Shown here: positions 12,212 through 26,899 of the stretch, piece by piece
How positions within the stretch are numbered: the first letter of the stretch is position 1
How the letters are laid out: each line of letters opens with the position of its first letter
DNA from: Eledone cirrhosa
Lineage: Eukaryota
Direction: 5' to 3'
DNA: 64,000 nt
NCBI GenBank assembly: GCA_964016885.1
Contig: OZ024745.1
Coordinates: 33,728,001-33,792,000 of the forward strand
Notes under the pieces: model-generated
The model's database searches: none
What the model saw: the letters and a program-made list of their open reading frames with translations, nothing else
Told to the model about the DNA's origin: nothing
Translations under genes and position numbers: made by a program

Positions 12212-12637
12212 TTCTTGTGTATGTATACATACGATACATTTTTTACTACCTTTTCTATCCAGTAGGTGTTGTCTGAATTCAACACTTAACCCTTTTGTCA
12301 CTATATTTCTAACAAAAATACGTTATACTTTGATGTTTTAATTAGCAAAATAATCAAGAAATATTAATAAAAGTCATTTTAACAACTGAAATCTAATATT
12401 ATCAAGCATGTAATAATGATTTCTGATTTTGGCACAAGGCCAGCAATTTAGGGTCGATTATAACGACCCTAGTACTTAACTGCTACTTTATTTTATCAAC
12501 TTCGGAAGGATGAAAGGCAAAGTTGATCATGTTGTGATTTGATCTCGAGACATAAAGAATCGGAAGAAGTAACACAAAGCATTTTATCGAGATTCTACCG
12601 ATTCTGTCAATTTATCCTCCTATTAATATGTAATAAT

Positions 12638-12852
12638 TGTTTCTACTTTAGGCAGAAGGTCAGCAATTTGAAGGAAAGGGGAAAGTCAATTAAATCGATC
12701 CCAGCACTTACTGGTACTTTATTTTATCGACCTCGTAAGGATGAAAGGCAAAACTAATCTCGGCAGGATTTGAACTCAAAACGTAAAGGGTCGTAACTCT
12801 ATGCCGCGAAGCATATTGTCCGGCGCTCAACCGATACTGTCAATCCTCCGCC
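12638..12852 (-). mobile_element. SINE family 1
   Basis: Family consensus; imperfect TSD CTATTA..ATGTAATAAT at ~12620-12637 and ~12855-12872. A more decayed copy lies at ~12425-12610. Confidence 0.78.
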
Positions 12853-13453
12853 CTCTATTAGCATGTAATAATGAGATTGTAGCCCCAGGTTTAAACATCA
12901 ATTTGAACACTATAATAGAGGTAGCTTCGTCGTGTTGGTATTTAAAAGGTTAAAGGTCGTTTGGACTGTCTATATATGTCCGTGTCTCCATCTTTCTGTC
13001 TATAATCGATCCTGTCAATGACACTGTTGATGTGGAAGTTAGCAATGATGTTTAATATCTTCCTCGTATTGATATTTAAGCTGTAGATATTTTCAAGTGT
13101 CATATCTAGTATACCAAACATGTATGTTTATATATAAATGTGTGCTTATGTATGCATTTATGTATATAGTTGTATACGTCAAGATGATAATAGGTGTATA
13201 CTGATGTACATAATCATACACATGTACACATAATCACAAAGGATATACACATATTTACAACAGGATTCATAAGTACAAATTACACACACACACATATATA
13301 TATATACAGGGCTTACGAAAGTTACTGATGGTATTTCAGCGATCTCCAGCCATGACTCAACGAATTAATAAAGTTGCAGTCGTGAAACTGCATCTCAATG
13401 TTCAGAGTGCACACACAATAGTTAATAGCGAGTGCAGTGGGTGGCTGTGTTTT

Positions 13454-13508
<55 letters not shown>

Positions 13509-13512
<4 letters not shown>

Positions 13513-13629
13513 GAGTGGGTAATAGGAAAAGAGTCAGGACCCCGACGGCTGAGCTCCGGCCATTTCGACAGCTATTTCGAGTACTCTGGTGCGTTATGGT
13601 CCACCTGGTTCCTTACCACACTTCCTTCG

Positions 13630-13632
<3 letters not shown>
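13509..13632. mobile_element. Short TA-embedded module, rearranged homologue of 6340-6530
   Basis: Shares CAGGACCCCGACGGCTGAGCTCCGGCC and GAGTACTCTG.TG.GTTATGGTC blocks. Confidence 0.65.
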
Positions 13633-13700
<68 letters not shown>

Positions 13701-14631
13701 ACACACAAATATAAATATATAGAGAACAAAGCTTACAGACAGTTATTCTCCGAAACGCTATAAATATACACCCAATATCCTATATATCATCATCATTATC
13801 ACACACACACACACACACATAAGGATAAGCACGTATAAACTCTCGCCTATATTTCGTAAAAGTCGAATCAATTGTCATTCGCGTTAGAAAGGGAACTAAC
13901 TATATGCCACGTTTTTATACACTATCCACCACGTGACACCAAAGATAGAAATGGGGAAATACAGTAAGAACAGTGAAATATCAAAATAATTTTTGGAGAT
14001 AAATGGTGAAAGAGCCACAACTTTGACCCATAGAAGTGTTGGTGTAGAATCGAAGAGATGCGTAGATTTTTTCTTCCTTTACTTCAAATGAATCTTTCTG
14101 GATATTTTAGGTTAATAAGTCACATATTTTATTATTAGAAGAGAGGTGGGACATCAGAAATGAAGACGGTTTGATAGTTATGTAAAGAAGAAATGTACGG
14201 AAGCTGTTTGAAGATGGCTGGTATGGTGGGTATACGGTGGAAAGATAGAATGATGGTATAGTGGTTGTGGTGTGAAAGAAAGTTGTGTTGTGATTGTTTG
14301 GTGAAAAATGGTTAGATGGTTGTGCAATGTAGAGTTGTTTAGTTGTGAGAACTTCGATGGCATAATAATTGTGTGAGAGAAAGTTGTATAGTCGCTGGTT
14401 GGTGAAAATGGTATGACGGTTATAATGGAAAGTTGTATAGAATGAGGTATATAAGATATTTTTGCTATTTTTGCCTTTTGATTCAAATTTACTTATTATC
14501 TTTGTTACAGTAGACCATGCTATATAAAATATTTTGGTTTCTTTTGCCTATTATATCTAATTAAAAAAAATCAAAGCGATGGTAATTTTTCTGAAATATG
14601 CAATTAGTGTGTTCGTTATACTTGATATTTG

Positions 14632-14900
14632 AAAGCGCGCGTGGCTTAGTGGTTAGAGTGTTTTACTGGTGATCGTGAGTTCAACTTCCGGTGTTGCGTT
14701 GAGTCTTTGCAAAAATCACTCTATTTCATCTATTTCACGTTGTTCCAGTCAACTTAACTGGAAAAAAAAATGAGTTGTATTTTTGATTCAAAGGGCTATC
14801 CTTGTCCCACACTGAGAACTACGGTGAGGATGCATGTGTCTGTGGAATGCTCAGCCACTAACATGTTAATTCCATAAACAGTCTGTTCCATTGATCAAAG
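14632..14900 (+). mobile_element. tRNA-derived SINE family 2, decayed
   Basis: GTGGCTTAGTGGTTAGAG...GAGTTCAACTTCC; related to 24330-24550 (-). Confidence 0.6.
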
Positions 14901-16601
14901 TGGAACAAACACACATACACACACGTGTTTGGGTTACTTTTTCTTTTTGTTTCAAATTATTGTATATCTAGTCTTTCCCTAGGGTCCTATATTGTTATAG
15001 TCTGAAAAAAAAAAAAAAAAATCACCGTTGTTACTTTTTCATTGCGGATGTTATGTGCAGCGTTATTGGTGAAGCAGATATCTAGGGCATCTCGCTCTCC
15101 TATTTATTTGAAGTACTACTTTTAATCCTTGTCACAATAGACCACGATGCATACAATGTCTAGACTACTTTTGCCTATTATATCTAAAGCAAAATCAGAA
15201 TAATTCCCTGAAATCTGCCAATATCTCGTCCGTTATACTTGTGACATGTTAAAAATGTGACAGAACTACTAAAAATCGTCTTCTTTTGACACAGTAATAT
15301 CCTGTTTCATGATTTTGTGTTTCAACTCTTGAAAAATTGTTCCGGTATATTTTGACACTGATTGATGCAGTAACGACATTTTTATTGCCAACTTCTTTTT
15401 CCAAGCAACATTTTAATTCATGACTCCGCCATATTTATTTCCCTACATTTATCACTACATTGTATATTTGAAGCTATTGTATGTGTGAAGTTATTGTTTA
15501 GCTATTGGATATTTGAAGTTTGCAGAATAAAATAATTAATTTATGGAAAAAAATTTGAATGAAGAAATGTGAGATATTTGTGCTTCAAGAAAAACGCTTA
15601 TAAAGAATAATTACAAAACAAAATATTTTATGAAAAAAAATGGTTTTCTAAAGAACGATTGTATGAATGTTTTTTGGACAAAGGTTATATACATGAAACT
15701 CGTTCGGGAAAGTGGCTGTAGAAACAGATTTATAAATAAATGTTATAAAAAGATTATAGAAATAGGTATTGTATAGTTAATGATCATATGAAATTTGTAA
15801 TAGATTTTATATAATCTTTTAGTATGGTGGGACAGAGACAGTTGTTAGTTGCTTAACTGTGGATAGTTGTATGATGTCTGAGCGGGGAGGGGGAGAGAAA
15901 GAAATGGAAAGAAAGAGAAGGAGAGAGAGAAAAAGTAAAAGAAAGAAAGTGATAGAAAGCGAGAGTGAGAGCGGGAAGGAGAGAGGGGTGAGAGAGAGGG
16001 GGTTTGTTGTTAGGTATTTATGAATTTGTTGGACAGTTATACTGACATTAAAGAAAGAAGAAAAGGAAGGTAAAGAGCCGATCATCAGATGGGACCAAGG
16101 AAACAATGTTTATATTGGTCTTTCCCTTGCTGATACTATCGGTAGGTCACAATTTCTGGCAGAAAGCGACGGGATTTGAGCATCCCACCAGAGTCATTTA
16201 ACAATTTAACAAATCCTCCGCACCATGGACTGGTATTTTATTTATCGACCCCGAAAGGTTGAAAGAAAAATTTGATCTTGGTGGTATTTGAACTTAGAAC
16301 GCTGCTTTTCAAATTCTACCATGGTACATCTAGCTGCGATAGCTATATCAACTTCTTGTCTAGTTAGGTCAGTAAGTGCTAGTATGAGGGCTTTGGATTG
16401 GCAGTATCGGTAGATACATTGTATAAATTGTAGATAAATTGTATAAATAGTCGGAAGAGCATTATACTTTTATATAATACCTTTTTAAGAGATCTTCAGC
16501 AGTCTAATTACAACCTCAATGAGGGAGAAGCTACGTGGTTGCTCAATATACTCGAAATAGCAGCCAAAATTTAAATTATACTCTATTATTTACTGTATAT
16601 A

Positions 16602-16797
16602 GGGCGGTGGATTGGCAATATCGGTAGAGGGTCTGACGCCATGCTTTGCAGCAAAGAGTTACGGCCCTTTATGGTCTGAGTTCAAAACCAGCCGAGGTTA
16701 ACTTTGCCTTTCATCCTTACGGGGTCTATAAAATAAAGTACCAGTAATACACTGGAATAACTGCTGGCCTTGTGCCAAAAGTAGAAACATTTATTAT
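16602..16797 (+). mobile_element. SINE family 1
   Basis: Full-length match to family consensus. Confidence 0.82.
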
Positions 16798-17331
16798 GAA
16801 GGACGGTGGGAAATAAACTAGTAGTAATAATTAATGTCAAATTGTAAGAATTGTATTTTCTTTTTGTCAAGATCAACAAAGCAATTGTTTCCACACAATT
16901 TAAGTGCTAATTTCTCTTTTATTAATTTTTAAAACTTTTTCTTGCTATATCCGAAGTAGAGAGAGACAAATGAGTCTAATAAAAGTCTTATCCTTGAAAT
17001 CCGGTTTTTGGTCAGTTAAATAAATCTAGAGGCTCTAAGTTTGTAAGGTTCAGTATATTTCTCCAGGTCAAATTATTTAACAATTTTTTTTCCTTCTCAA
17101 TTAACATCAATTAAGTTATGTATTTATATTCTTTAAGTTCAATATAAACGAACTTTTTGTAAGGTTCAAGCTCCATGATGTAAATGAGTTTTGGTTTAGC
17201 TGCATGTACTCTAAACGTTTCTGCTGTTCAAAATTCTTTATTGTAAAGTTTAAATCATTAAGGAAAGAGTTATTTAATACTTTTTATCATGTTGATGAAG
17301 TCATTTTCAAATTTTCCAACTAATATATTGT

Positions 17332-17523
17332 GAAGGCGTGTGGATGAGTGGTTAGAGAATTGGATTCATAATCTTGAGGTTGTGAGTTCGATTCCTGGAC
17401 CGGGCGATGCGTTATGTCCTTGAGCAAGACACTTTATTTCACGTTGCCCGATAGATAGTAGTAGCAACTGGAAAGATCCACAAAACCATTGTTTCCACGG
17501 TCCGATTTGATGAAAGTCGATCG
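17332..17523 (+). mobile_element. tRNA-derived SINE family 2
   Basis: Reverse complement homologue of 3240-3449. Confidence 0.75.
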
Positions 17524-17755
17524 ATATATATATATATTGTGAGGAGGGTTCTTACAAATTTTTCTGTATATTCCTTTTTCTATCACAATATTTTCGATTA
17601 TTTACTCCTTGGATTACATCTTCGATGAATCGGTTTATTCTATTTGCTGATTGTAGAAACACATTGAGCTTTAAATCTTGTTGGTGTATCTCAACAAAAT
17701 TTGATCTCTCAACTTATTACTCTAGTTTACATATATTGTATATACGCACATACAT

Positions 17756-17802
<47 letters not shown>

Positions 17803-18116
17803 CAGACCTCTATTGAAAAGCTGAAATGAAAAGTAAAATATATTTTGCATGCGTGAAGTTGCCATCCTCAGGGAATAGAGACAGACATAATTCAATAAAT
17901 CTTGAGTCTCTTAGGAATGGAAACAATGTTTTTAACACCTATATGACGTACCAGTGAGCAAACATCCTATACCTTCGTAATATATATATATATATGTGTG
18001 TGTGTGTGTATGTGTGTGTGTCGGAATATTTTTATATTGAGTAAGTTTTATTTTTATTGGGTACTGGGAATTATGTGTGGTGTGTTTTGGGCTAGTGTAA
18101 GTTTGTTTTATTTAGT

Positions 18117-18155
<39 letters not shown>

Positions 18156-18269
18156 TTTTGACACACACATATATATATATAAAGTAAACAGAAATAAAGA
18201 AAACAAACGGCACAGTACATTGAAGAAATATATTAGTTTAACACTTGAATATATATATATGTCTTATCA

Positions 18270-18946
18270 TCTTAACTATAATAAAGAAAGGAGTGCGGGA
18301 TTGCGTCCAGAATATAATTCTTTTTATCCCGTTTGTAAAATAAGTTGGATTACTTTGAATAAATAATTATTTCTACTTTTGGCACAAGGCCAGCTATTAC
18401 CCAGTACATTACTGGTACTTTATTTTATCGACCCCGTAAGGATGAAAGGCAAAGTTAACCTCGGCGGGATTTGAACTCAGATCGTAAAGGGACGTAACTA
18501 TGCTGAAAAGCATGTCCGACCTTCCACCCATACTGCCAATCTACCGCCATATTACTTTGAATAAATAATGAATGAATATTACATAATTTATCTACTAAAT
18601 TTCGTAGCTTTTGATTAAATATATTTTATTGGTTATTTAAAGATTCACTTCTTTTAAATTTTCAAATGTCAACACTTCCGGTTGGCGATCGCTTAAATAA
18701 ACATTCATATATTTCCGTCATTAATTTTCTCCTAATACAGTTTATATATAATATCGTCTTTTTTTAATGTATCATGGATTACGTTACTGATTACATAAGA
18801 CAGTCTTCGTTCAATTTCTGTGTATATTGTCAATTACGATTTTATTTGATGTATCATATCTACATGCATATATACTTGAGTATAATATCAATATGCACAC
18901 TACATACGCTAGCAGAAAACCACCCGAAGGGTGGTTTTTCTGCTAG
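18270..18946 (+). mobile_element. Non-autonomous Helitron family A with nested SINE
   Basis: A|TC 5' end, terminal hairpin and CTAG|T 3' end, no TSD. Confidence 0.82.
18368..18549 (-). mobile_element. SINE family 1 with 19-bp TSD
   Basis: TSD ATTACTTTGAATAAATAAT at 18349-18367 and 18551-18569. Confidence 0.88.
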
Positions 18947-19466
18947 TACTTCTAATACTGCGTGGACGAAGATCCTCGTTGCCTCGTTTTGATGTCTTTC
19001 GCACAAAGGTCTTTTCTGTTATGGTTTTTATTAAACTGCGTTACTGTATTTTAGGTGGTGTGTTTTTGGCTTCTTTAAACTTGATTGTTGTTATTGGGTA
19101 CGGCTTCGTAAGCAAAAATTATATATAATGCGTCCTGCCTCTGATATTGTGTGGACTTAGATACCCGTTGAAAAGTCTCGAGTACGAAGGGCTTTTCTGT
19201 TTATAGGATTAAGTATTTTGTGCACTACAGAGTATACTATACTAATTTATCTGGTAGCTACAACTAAACAGAAACTAAATACCGAAGCCCGATAAAGTTC
19301 ATTCTCTTAGTACCTTTATATTGAATACGTTTTAATTTTAATCATAATTAGTGTTCCAATTATTATTGTTTACCGTTTTTACCATGCCCCACATCCTATT
19401 TATTTCAATTTCAATTCTTTGTGATTTGACTGTTTTCTACCCTCTTTTGTGTAATGGTTTGGTATA

Positions 19467-19757
19467 CGAGGATCAACTGAAAACTTCATAGGTTGACCAA
19501 GATACTCTCATGGAATGTGACCAAATGAGGTTTATTTTTCACCATAGTCCCCTTTGTGGTCCACACACTTCTTCCATCGGTGTTGCAGTGCTTGGATCCC
19601 ATTGATGAAGCTTTTATCCTGTTGGTAAAAAAAGTCACCAACAGCAGATATGACGTCATCATCACTTCGATACTGGTTACCAGTCAAGTGTTTTCTAATG
19701 CTGGTGAACAGATGATAGTCAGATGAGGCCAAATCAGAAGAATAGCGAGGGTGATCG
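19467..19757 (-). mobile_element. mariner transposon 3' remnant
   Basis: ASSDYHLF...GIQALQHRWKKCVDHKGDYGEK is a mariner transposase C-terminus; TA|CGAGGATCAACTGAAAA is a TIR-like end. Confidence 0.85.
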
Positions 19758-20011
19758 TATTAGTATACAGGTATTTTCATTCTAACCCTTGAATACAATG
19801 TCTGGTCGTTTTGCTCCGATCTCCTTGCCAGTTAGAATTAGGCATGTTCCAAATAAGGTCTTTGCTATGAACTATGTTTGGTATACCGCTTGTTACCACT
19901 TCTTATCCGTTTTCTAGTTGAAGTGCTGGAGTATTGTTCACCGGACACATCCGTGGAATCAGTCATTTGTGACTGGGAAAAATTGTAATAATAGTGGTAA
20001 AGCTCTGGAAG

Positions 20012-20043
<32 letters not shown>

Positions 20044-20329
20044 TATAATGGCGATCATCATTATCCTCCTCATCATAATCATTATCATCATCACTACCAT
20101 CCTCATTCTCCTCTCCTCTTCCCCCCCTTTCCACACTTATCATCTCCATCATTCTCCCCAATGCCCCCCCCCCCCTTCATCATCTCCAACAACAATAACA
20201 AAAGTAAAACAGTAATAGCAGCACCGAAACAACAAAACTACCACCCCCCGCTCCACCTTTACCATTAACATCCAACAACAATACCACGTGATATGGCGGA
20301 TTGACAACCTAACACGAAGTGTGTAAACA

Positions 20330-20820
20330 AGTGAAAATGGCCACTGTCAGCACGTTTGAATGAGAACTTCAACTTTTCAGCAGAAAACAACATAGAACCA
20401 GAGGAGAGATTGATTATAATTCGAGCTATTCTATAAAAACCTACACACTGATATTATCACTCATTGATTCTGCAGCTAAAGTACACCAAGCACAGATCGA
20501 AACTTGCACTATTTGGGCATTGAATGTGTTAGTGTGTAACAATAACCATTGGACAACAAATGGGTGTAAGTGAGATCGATTGAAAATGACAGGAAATAAT
20601 AGCAACACAACCAAAATAGATCACAACCTTTCCTTTCCCCCAAACAAACATAGATTAAAGGGAAAACAACGGACAAGGAGGATATTATTATCATTTGGTG
20701 CAAAATAAAAAAAACAATAAATTTTAAATCTACCAAAAATACAATTTAATGATAGGCTATTTAAAATCTATCGGAACTGGCCATTGTGGACGCTTCAAGT
20801 CAAATTTATACGCATCAAGC
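20330..20820 (+). pseudogene. Possible highly decayed Gypsy gag remnant
   Basis: Fragmentary FSAENNIEPEER and KTYTL resemblance only. Confidence 0.25.
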
Positions 20821-23042
20821 AAGAAATAAAGCTAATAAGTGAAAAACCTTAGATTCCATACAAAAAAACAAAAACATACACAAAAAAACAAAACAAACAA
20901 ACTTGTAACGATGTTGCTTGAAGATGTTTCTTCAAGATTACCGAAAACTTAAAAAATACGAACATTTTATTTAATTCATACAATAAACACAGGGAATCAC
21001 AATATATCGTTTATACGTTTCCTGGTGGCGTTTGAGAATATGGCGAATATATTACCCCGGAGAATAGTAAAGGGGGGGGGGGTCTGCTGAAAGTGCTGGT
21101 CCACCCCGCAGTGCTCGTTTCTGCAGATCGAAATGAGTAGGGAGGTGGTTCGGTGGACGAAGATTCCAGATATTTCTGCAGCTATGGGTTTGACAAGAAA
21201 AGTATCAGAGAACAGCGTATATATCTTAAACCTATCAGACTACGAAATCTGGGTCCGACACTGGTTTGGACAAATTGCTGCTGCAGAAGGTATTGCAGCT
21301 GGTTGCATCTCAGATTAGAGGTTTAGTGTCTCGGAACAGGAAGATTGTGTACAGTCTATTGCCGTCTCCTCGGTATAACCCCATTGGATCTAGCTACGAT
21401 AGAAAACCGGCCGTGTTCAAACGACTTTTAGTGATCTCGTTGATAGCAACATGTCCTGGGAAGTGGTCGGTGCTGACTAGGCATGACAGCGGTTGGACTC
21501 CAGAATAATCTACTGTACACCTATCAGTAAATAATCTAGTGATTGATGAGCAAGAAGTAGGAGAAGTGAGTCTGGGGTTGTGACGTAAAGTTCTCCATGA
21601 GCAAATTTGTCTTCATTCAAGTGATACAGTATTGTAATGGCGTGATACATTTGTCAGTTAATCATGTCTACTTGAGCCATTTTGTCTTGTCAATACACCA
21701 AACATTGTTAACATCGGTAATGTCGGTAACACCAGCTTATTTATTTCATCTGTCTTCAATGAAGGATGTTAAAATTATTTCAGGATTGATGTTAATGTTG
21801 TTACCTTGGTGCTGTAGGTAAACATGGAGTAACGTAAAGGTGTTTCAGATCAGGAAGTACTGATAATTCCCTCACAGTATAAGAGCTTCCACCATGTATT
21901 TATGGACAAATGGTTTTATAAAGCTATACTTTATCTTTCCAGATTTTCAATTCACATTCGCACATGTAATCATTGGTGTATTTGGTTATATTCCTAAATG
22001 TTCAAACAATTCTTTCCAACATTAGCACAAGACTATAAAGTTCGGGAGAAGGGAAAATTTGATTATATCGACCCAGTATTCAACTGGTATTTTATATTAT
22101 TGATTTCGGAAGGATGAAAGGCAGATTTGTCCTCGGTGGTATTTGAACTAAGAACGTAGAAAGTTGTAATTAAGCACCGGAACGCATTTTGTCCGACGAT
22201 ATTAGCAATATACTACCATTAAATATTCAAATCATGATATCAAAATGACAAGGTAAGAGACCATCTAACACGTATTCCGTATATTCAGTTTATAAACAGC
22301 GCCGGAATAAATAGGCAAGGCTTTTCAAAATTCCGCATATAACTGTGCTCTATTGCTGAAAATACATACATTCTGTATTGGAACATTTAAAGAGGTCATA
22401 CGTAGCCTGTGATTATGGTGGTACATATTTTAATGTTTTTGTAGAGGTGATTGAATAAGTTGGCCTTCCATAGTATAGAACTTAAGAATATGAGGGTCGG
22501 CAGTGCTTGGATTCCATTTAATGTCTTTGGGAACTAAACCTTTTTTTCTGCAGGTACTTGATAACACCACGATGCCAAATTTTCTCCATTTTCAAGAGAA
22601 GTCACAACTAGTTACTTTTGAAGTCTTCTTTGAATAGTCAGATATCAGTTTACCTGGAAAGAAACAATGCAGCTAATATTAAGAGGAGTTGAAATTAATG
22701 CATGCAAGATTTCACAGCACTAGCATCACTCCTTCATAGTCAGCCTATGGACCTTTCAGCCAACCCTTGTAATGTAAAATATATTTCATTCAAATGGTGC
22801 GCTTTCATATGTCAATATTTATTTATAAAACAAATCTGTTTTTCATTCAAATGTATATATTTACTCACGGATCATATATACTATTAAATATGTTCTTCCA
22901 AAATATATTTATCCATAGAATTTAATCTTTACTATATGTTTTTACTCCTTTGCTGATTCCAGCCAATGACTGTGGTCATGCTGGAGCACCCCTATCGAAG
23001 CAGACTTACAGATATATTCACTTGAAAGTGGAATATAAAATA

Positions 23043-23104
<62 letters not shown>

Positions 23105-24032
23105 TATTTTATATATATATATATATAGTTATATTTTATATATATTCTGTATATGATATATTATCTATAGAATGTATTCTCTCATATCCCTAGGACACAC
23201 AAATGTATTACACTTTCTACACGAATTAATAATCTTAGATGAGAACTTCATCTTACTTCAGTCCCAAAGAAAACAATGTAATAAGACTGATATTGACCTA
23301 TTGCCTGAAGTTCACAGTTATTGTTACACCGTTAGACTAATTGAATATTTTACACAATAGAACGAATTATTTCGAATGGAGGATAACATTACAGAAAGAA
23401 AGTTTGACTCAATTTTGTTTAAACTTAGCTGTTTCTCAATTCCCATAAATAATTAAGGATATGAGATAGTAAAGCAAGTTGGTGCAAACCGTTACAGATA
23501 AACCAACACCACACACAGTAATGTCAGCTTATCATCCATACCACAATTATCTTATTATTATCTTACTAGCTTCTGTTGTTTGTCAGGTTAATAATAATGT
23601 GTTTGTAATGTTAATACTTTGTATGGTATGTATGGACCCATATCTTCTGAGGGAGTTGTAGGGACGCCGCATTGACATACAGTGTTTCGAGGACATTTTA
23701 AAACCTGAGTGAGCCCATATCCGTTCCAGGTCTGAATACAGCAGATTTCTTCTAGAGAGAGATAGAGAGTAAGAGAATGGAAGTGAGAAAGATACAGAGG
23801 GAGAGTTGATCCCAGTACTAGACTAGTATTATCGTATCGACCTTGAATGGCGCTGATACGAGTTTATAAGATCTTATAAGCTCATATAAGAGGCTGAAGA
23901 TAGGCCACATTAAACATTCTCGGGATATGGTCAATATTGGGCCTTGAAATCCTAGTTAGCGCTCTTGTTCCATAATGAATAATAATAAATAATATATAAT
24001 ATTATATACATACATACATGCATAATACATAT

Positions 24033-24162
24033 ATGATGATTTCTAAAGAATGAAACAGTTCTAGCCCTGTAGAATCTCATCTATATTAAAAATGTTATAC
24101 TCTGCTATGTATTGAGTACCTTACTTACTGTGGTTACCTCCGATTCAACCCGGAATAACTTA
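24033..24162 (+). mobile_element. Short module with 5'-clipped hammerhead
   Basis: (A)TGATGA-tttc taaa gaat-GAAA-CAG ttctagcc CTG-TA; C3 and the stem I 5' strand are missing next to a microsatellite. Confidence 0.6.
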
Positions 24163-24198
<36 letters not shown>

Positions 24199-24329
24199 CA
24201 GCACCTGCAGTTTCCGTTTACCAATTTCCTCCCAAAGAGACGTGCAACGGGATTAAATCCGGAACCACTGGTTGTAAAGCGTTCCAACAACGAGTGACGA
24301 GTGTTCCAACAATGCAGCCTATCGTGATA

Positions 24330-24550
24330 TTAACGTGTAAGTGGCTGAGCATTCCATCGACATGTGCACCCTTAACGGGAGATTTTGCGAGACACATTGT
24401 GTGTCACGGCCTGCTATTTGAAATACAGGTACATCTCAATTTTGCCAGCTGAGAGGACTGGAGTGATGTGAAATACAACGTCCCGCCAGGATTGAAACTC
24501 ACGACCTTACGATCGTGAGCCGAATTCCCTAACTACCAAGCCAGGCGTCT
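24330..24550 (-). mobile_element. tRNA-derived SINE family 2, decayed
   Basis: Minus strand TGGCTTGGTAGTTAGGG...GTGAGTTTCAATCCTGG. Confidence 0.6.
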
Positions 24551-24654
24551 TTAGTTCTAGAAAAATATTATCTGAAAAATCTCACAAATCTGCGGTCACC
24601 ATTGAAAGCTACTATTAATTATGAAAGTCATCTCTCATAAATCATGTTTAATAA

Positions 24655-24816
24655 ATAATTGTTTCTACTTTAGGCACAGTACATTACTGGTACTTTATTT
24701 TATCGACCCCGTAAGGATGAAAGGCAAAGTTAACCTCGGCGGGATTTGAACTCAGACTGTAAAGGGACGTAACTATGCTAGAAAGCATGGCGTCCAACTC
24801 TCTACCGATACTGCCA
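24655..24816 (-). mobile_element. SINE family 1
   Basis: Family consensus on the minus strand. Confidence 0.8.
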
Positions 24817-24919
24817 AAAATAATGATTTCCCACTTGGAATTGTTGGACAGTAATAGATTGACAAGCATTAATGGTTGATCACACATTAAATTAAATGAA
24901 GTTTCTTATGAGGGCAATA

Positions 24920-25150
24920 GTTTGTTACAGAGGAAAACAAATCCATTTATAGTATATTCTGGCGGTAACATATCCCGTATAATATATTCTAGGCGAATAT
25001 ATAATACATATTATAGTTGATGCTTGTTTTTTAAATGAATTTTTTTTTATGGGGGCATCAGTTGGTTACAGAGGAAAACAAATCTATTCATAGTATATGT
25101 TGGAGGTAGCATATCCTGTATAATATATTCTAGTGGAATATATGATACAT
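24920..25150. repeat. Diverged ~140-bp tandem duplication
   Basis: GTTACAGAGGAAAACAAATC...TATAATATATTCTAG occurs at ~24925 and ~25065. Confidence 0.75.
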
Positions 25151-25269
25151 AGTTCATGATTGTTTTTTGGACTTCGGGTCAAAATACACTATAGAGTTAG
25201 TATAAAATGTCTTGTTAATGATCACTATTTATTTCGATGTTTCACTGACGTTATTCATCCCTACGAATA

Positions 25270-25465
25270 GGGCAGTGGATTGGCAGTATTGGTAGAGGGT
25301 CGGACGCCTTGCTTTGCAGCAGAGAGTTACGGCCCTTTATGGTCTGAGCTCAAATCCCGCCGAGGTTAACTTTGCCTTTCATCATCCTTACGGGGGTCGA
25401 TAAAATAAAGTACCAGTAATACACTGGGTAATTGCTGGCCTTGTGCCAAATGTAGAAACAGTTAT
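25270..25465 (+). mobile_element. SINE family 1 with TSD
   Basis: ATCCCTACGAATA flanks both sides. Confidence 0.85.
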
Positions 25466-26899
25466 TTATCCCTACGAATAAGGAATATTAATTCTCGTAG
25501 TATATATTTTTGTGTGTGAATGGGAAAGGATATTTACACGATACTCGACATCAAGATAGTAAAACTATCAAAGCTCTATCATACATTCACTACACTATAC
25601 AGAACCGCACAGAAGGCTAACTGACCAATATATTTATATGCACGTATATAATACTGATAATGTTTAGCATTATGTCAATCTTGTATCCTACATAAAATAT
25701 ACACAAAATTAAAATAAACTGCTTACATTCTTATAACGCCATAAGAAACAGAATATTGAAGTGAAACATGTTTGATATCCAGATTTTGTTGGATAGTTTA
25801 GCATAAGTTGACACCCCCCACCAAAAAAAAACAAAAGCAAAAACAAAAAGAATATAGACATTTTTGAGCACCAGTGTCCTATATTACACAAGTTTTTAAT
25901 TTATTGCCGTATTTTGCTTTTAACTTCAAAAACAGGGATAGTATTATACTCAAGTTGTATAATACACAAAGAAATAGGGTAGTTTTTAATGTCTTGCCAG
26001 CCAGATAATTGAAGGATCGAGGGAGAGCGATTATTGGGTTGTACATATGACAGCAGTTGACTTGAATACAGGCCGGACTACCTGACTACAACATACACGT
26101 TCTCCGATAGTCAACAGCAATCTATCAGATATTCACTTCTTGGCTAAACGAACGGATGGACACCGAAATCGATTAAACAGCCTACAAATGTTTTATCCAC
26201 AAATCATTTGTAGGTTGGTGATAAATCACTTGCAACAGGTACAAAACATTGACCTGAGAGAAATATACGGAAACAGCCTTTCAAAGCAGAACAGGTTGTA
26301 GTAAATGAAATAGTAGGAAATTATTTAAAAGGTATCCAGTCGAAGAGTAAAAATTCAACATATAAAACTATAAATTTCCTGATCTATGTGTTTAAAATCC
26401 GATTGGTAACTGATCGCAAGAAGCTGGAGCCGCATAATCAGGCTGCAAGCAAACATAGTGAACCAATAAATTGTAAAATAACATTTCACAGATTCTTGTA
26501 GTTAGGAAAATACATCAACAAAACGTCAGAAATAATAAATGCAGTTTTGAAACACAAAACTTGGAAGCTCTTAACTACAGATGCTGTAACAAGAAGTTAG
26601 AGGCACAGTCGTAAGATTAAATAAATGATTAATATGTTAATTTTAACATAATATAACCGTAACATGTTAGCAATAGCTAACGACACTTGCTTAAAGGATC
26701 ACAATTATATTTTCTGAAAATAATATATTATATCTCTTCCCGTTCTTTGCAAAACAACAGATAGATGTTGCATTATTGTCCCGGTGGACAGAATTGCTGA
26801 TGCGTCACTACAGAGGGTAGTGAGGGAGGTGCGCTGAAAGAGCCAATCCAACACACCTGTCTCATTTCCGATCGCAGTAAATGGGGAGGAATCAGGACG

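Noticed and set aside
19865-20268. His-, Asp- or Ile-rich ORFs
   Set aside because: Translation of (CAT)n trinucleotide repeat.
21060-22760. Moderately complex sequence that might hold host exons
   Set aside because: No sustained ORF, recognisable motif or convincing splice-site pair; probably old TE debris.
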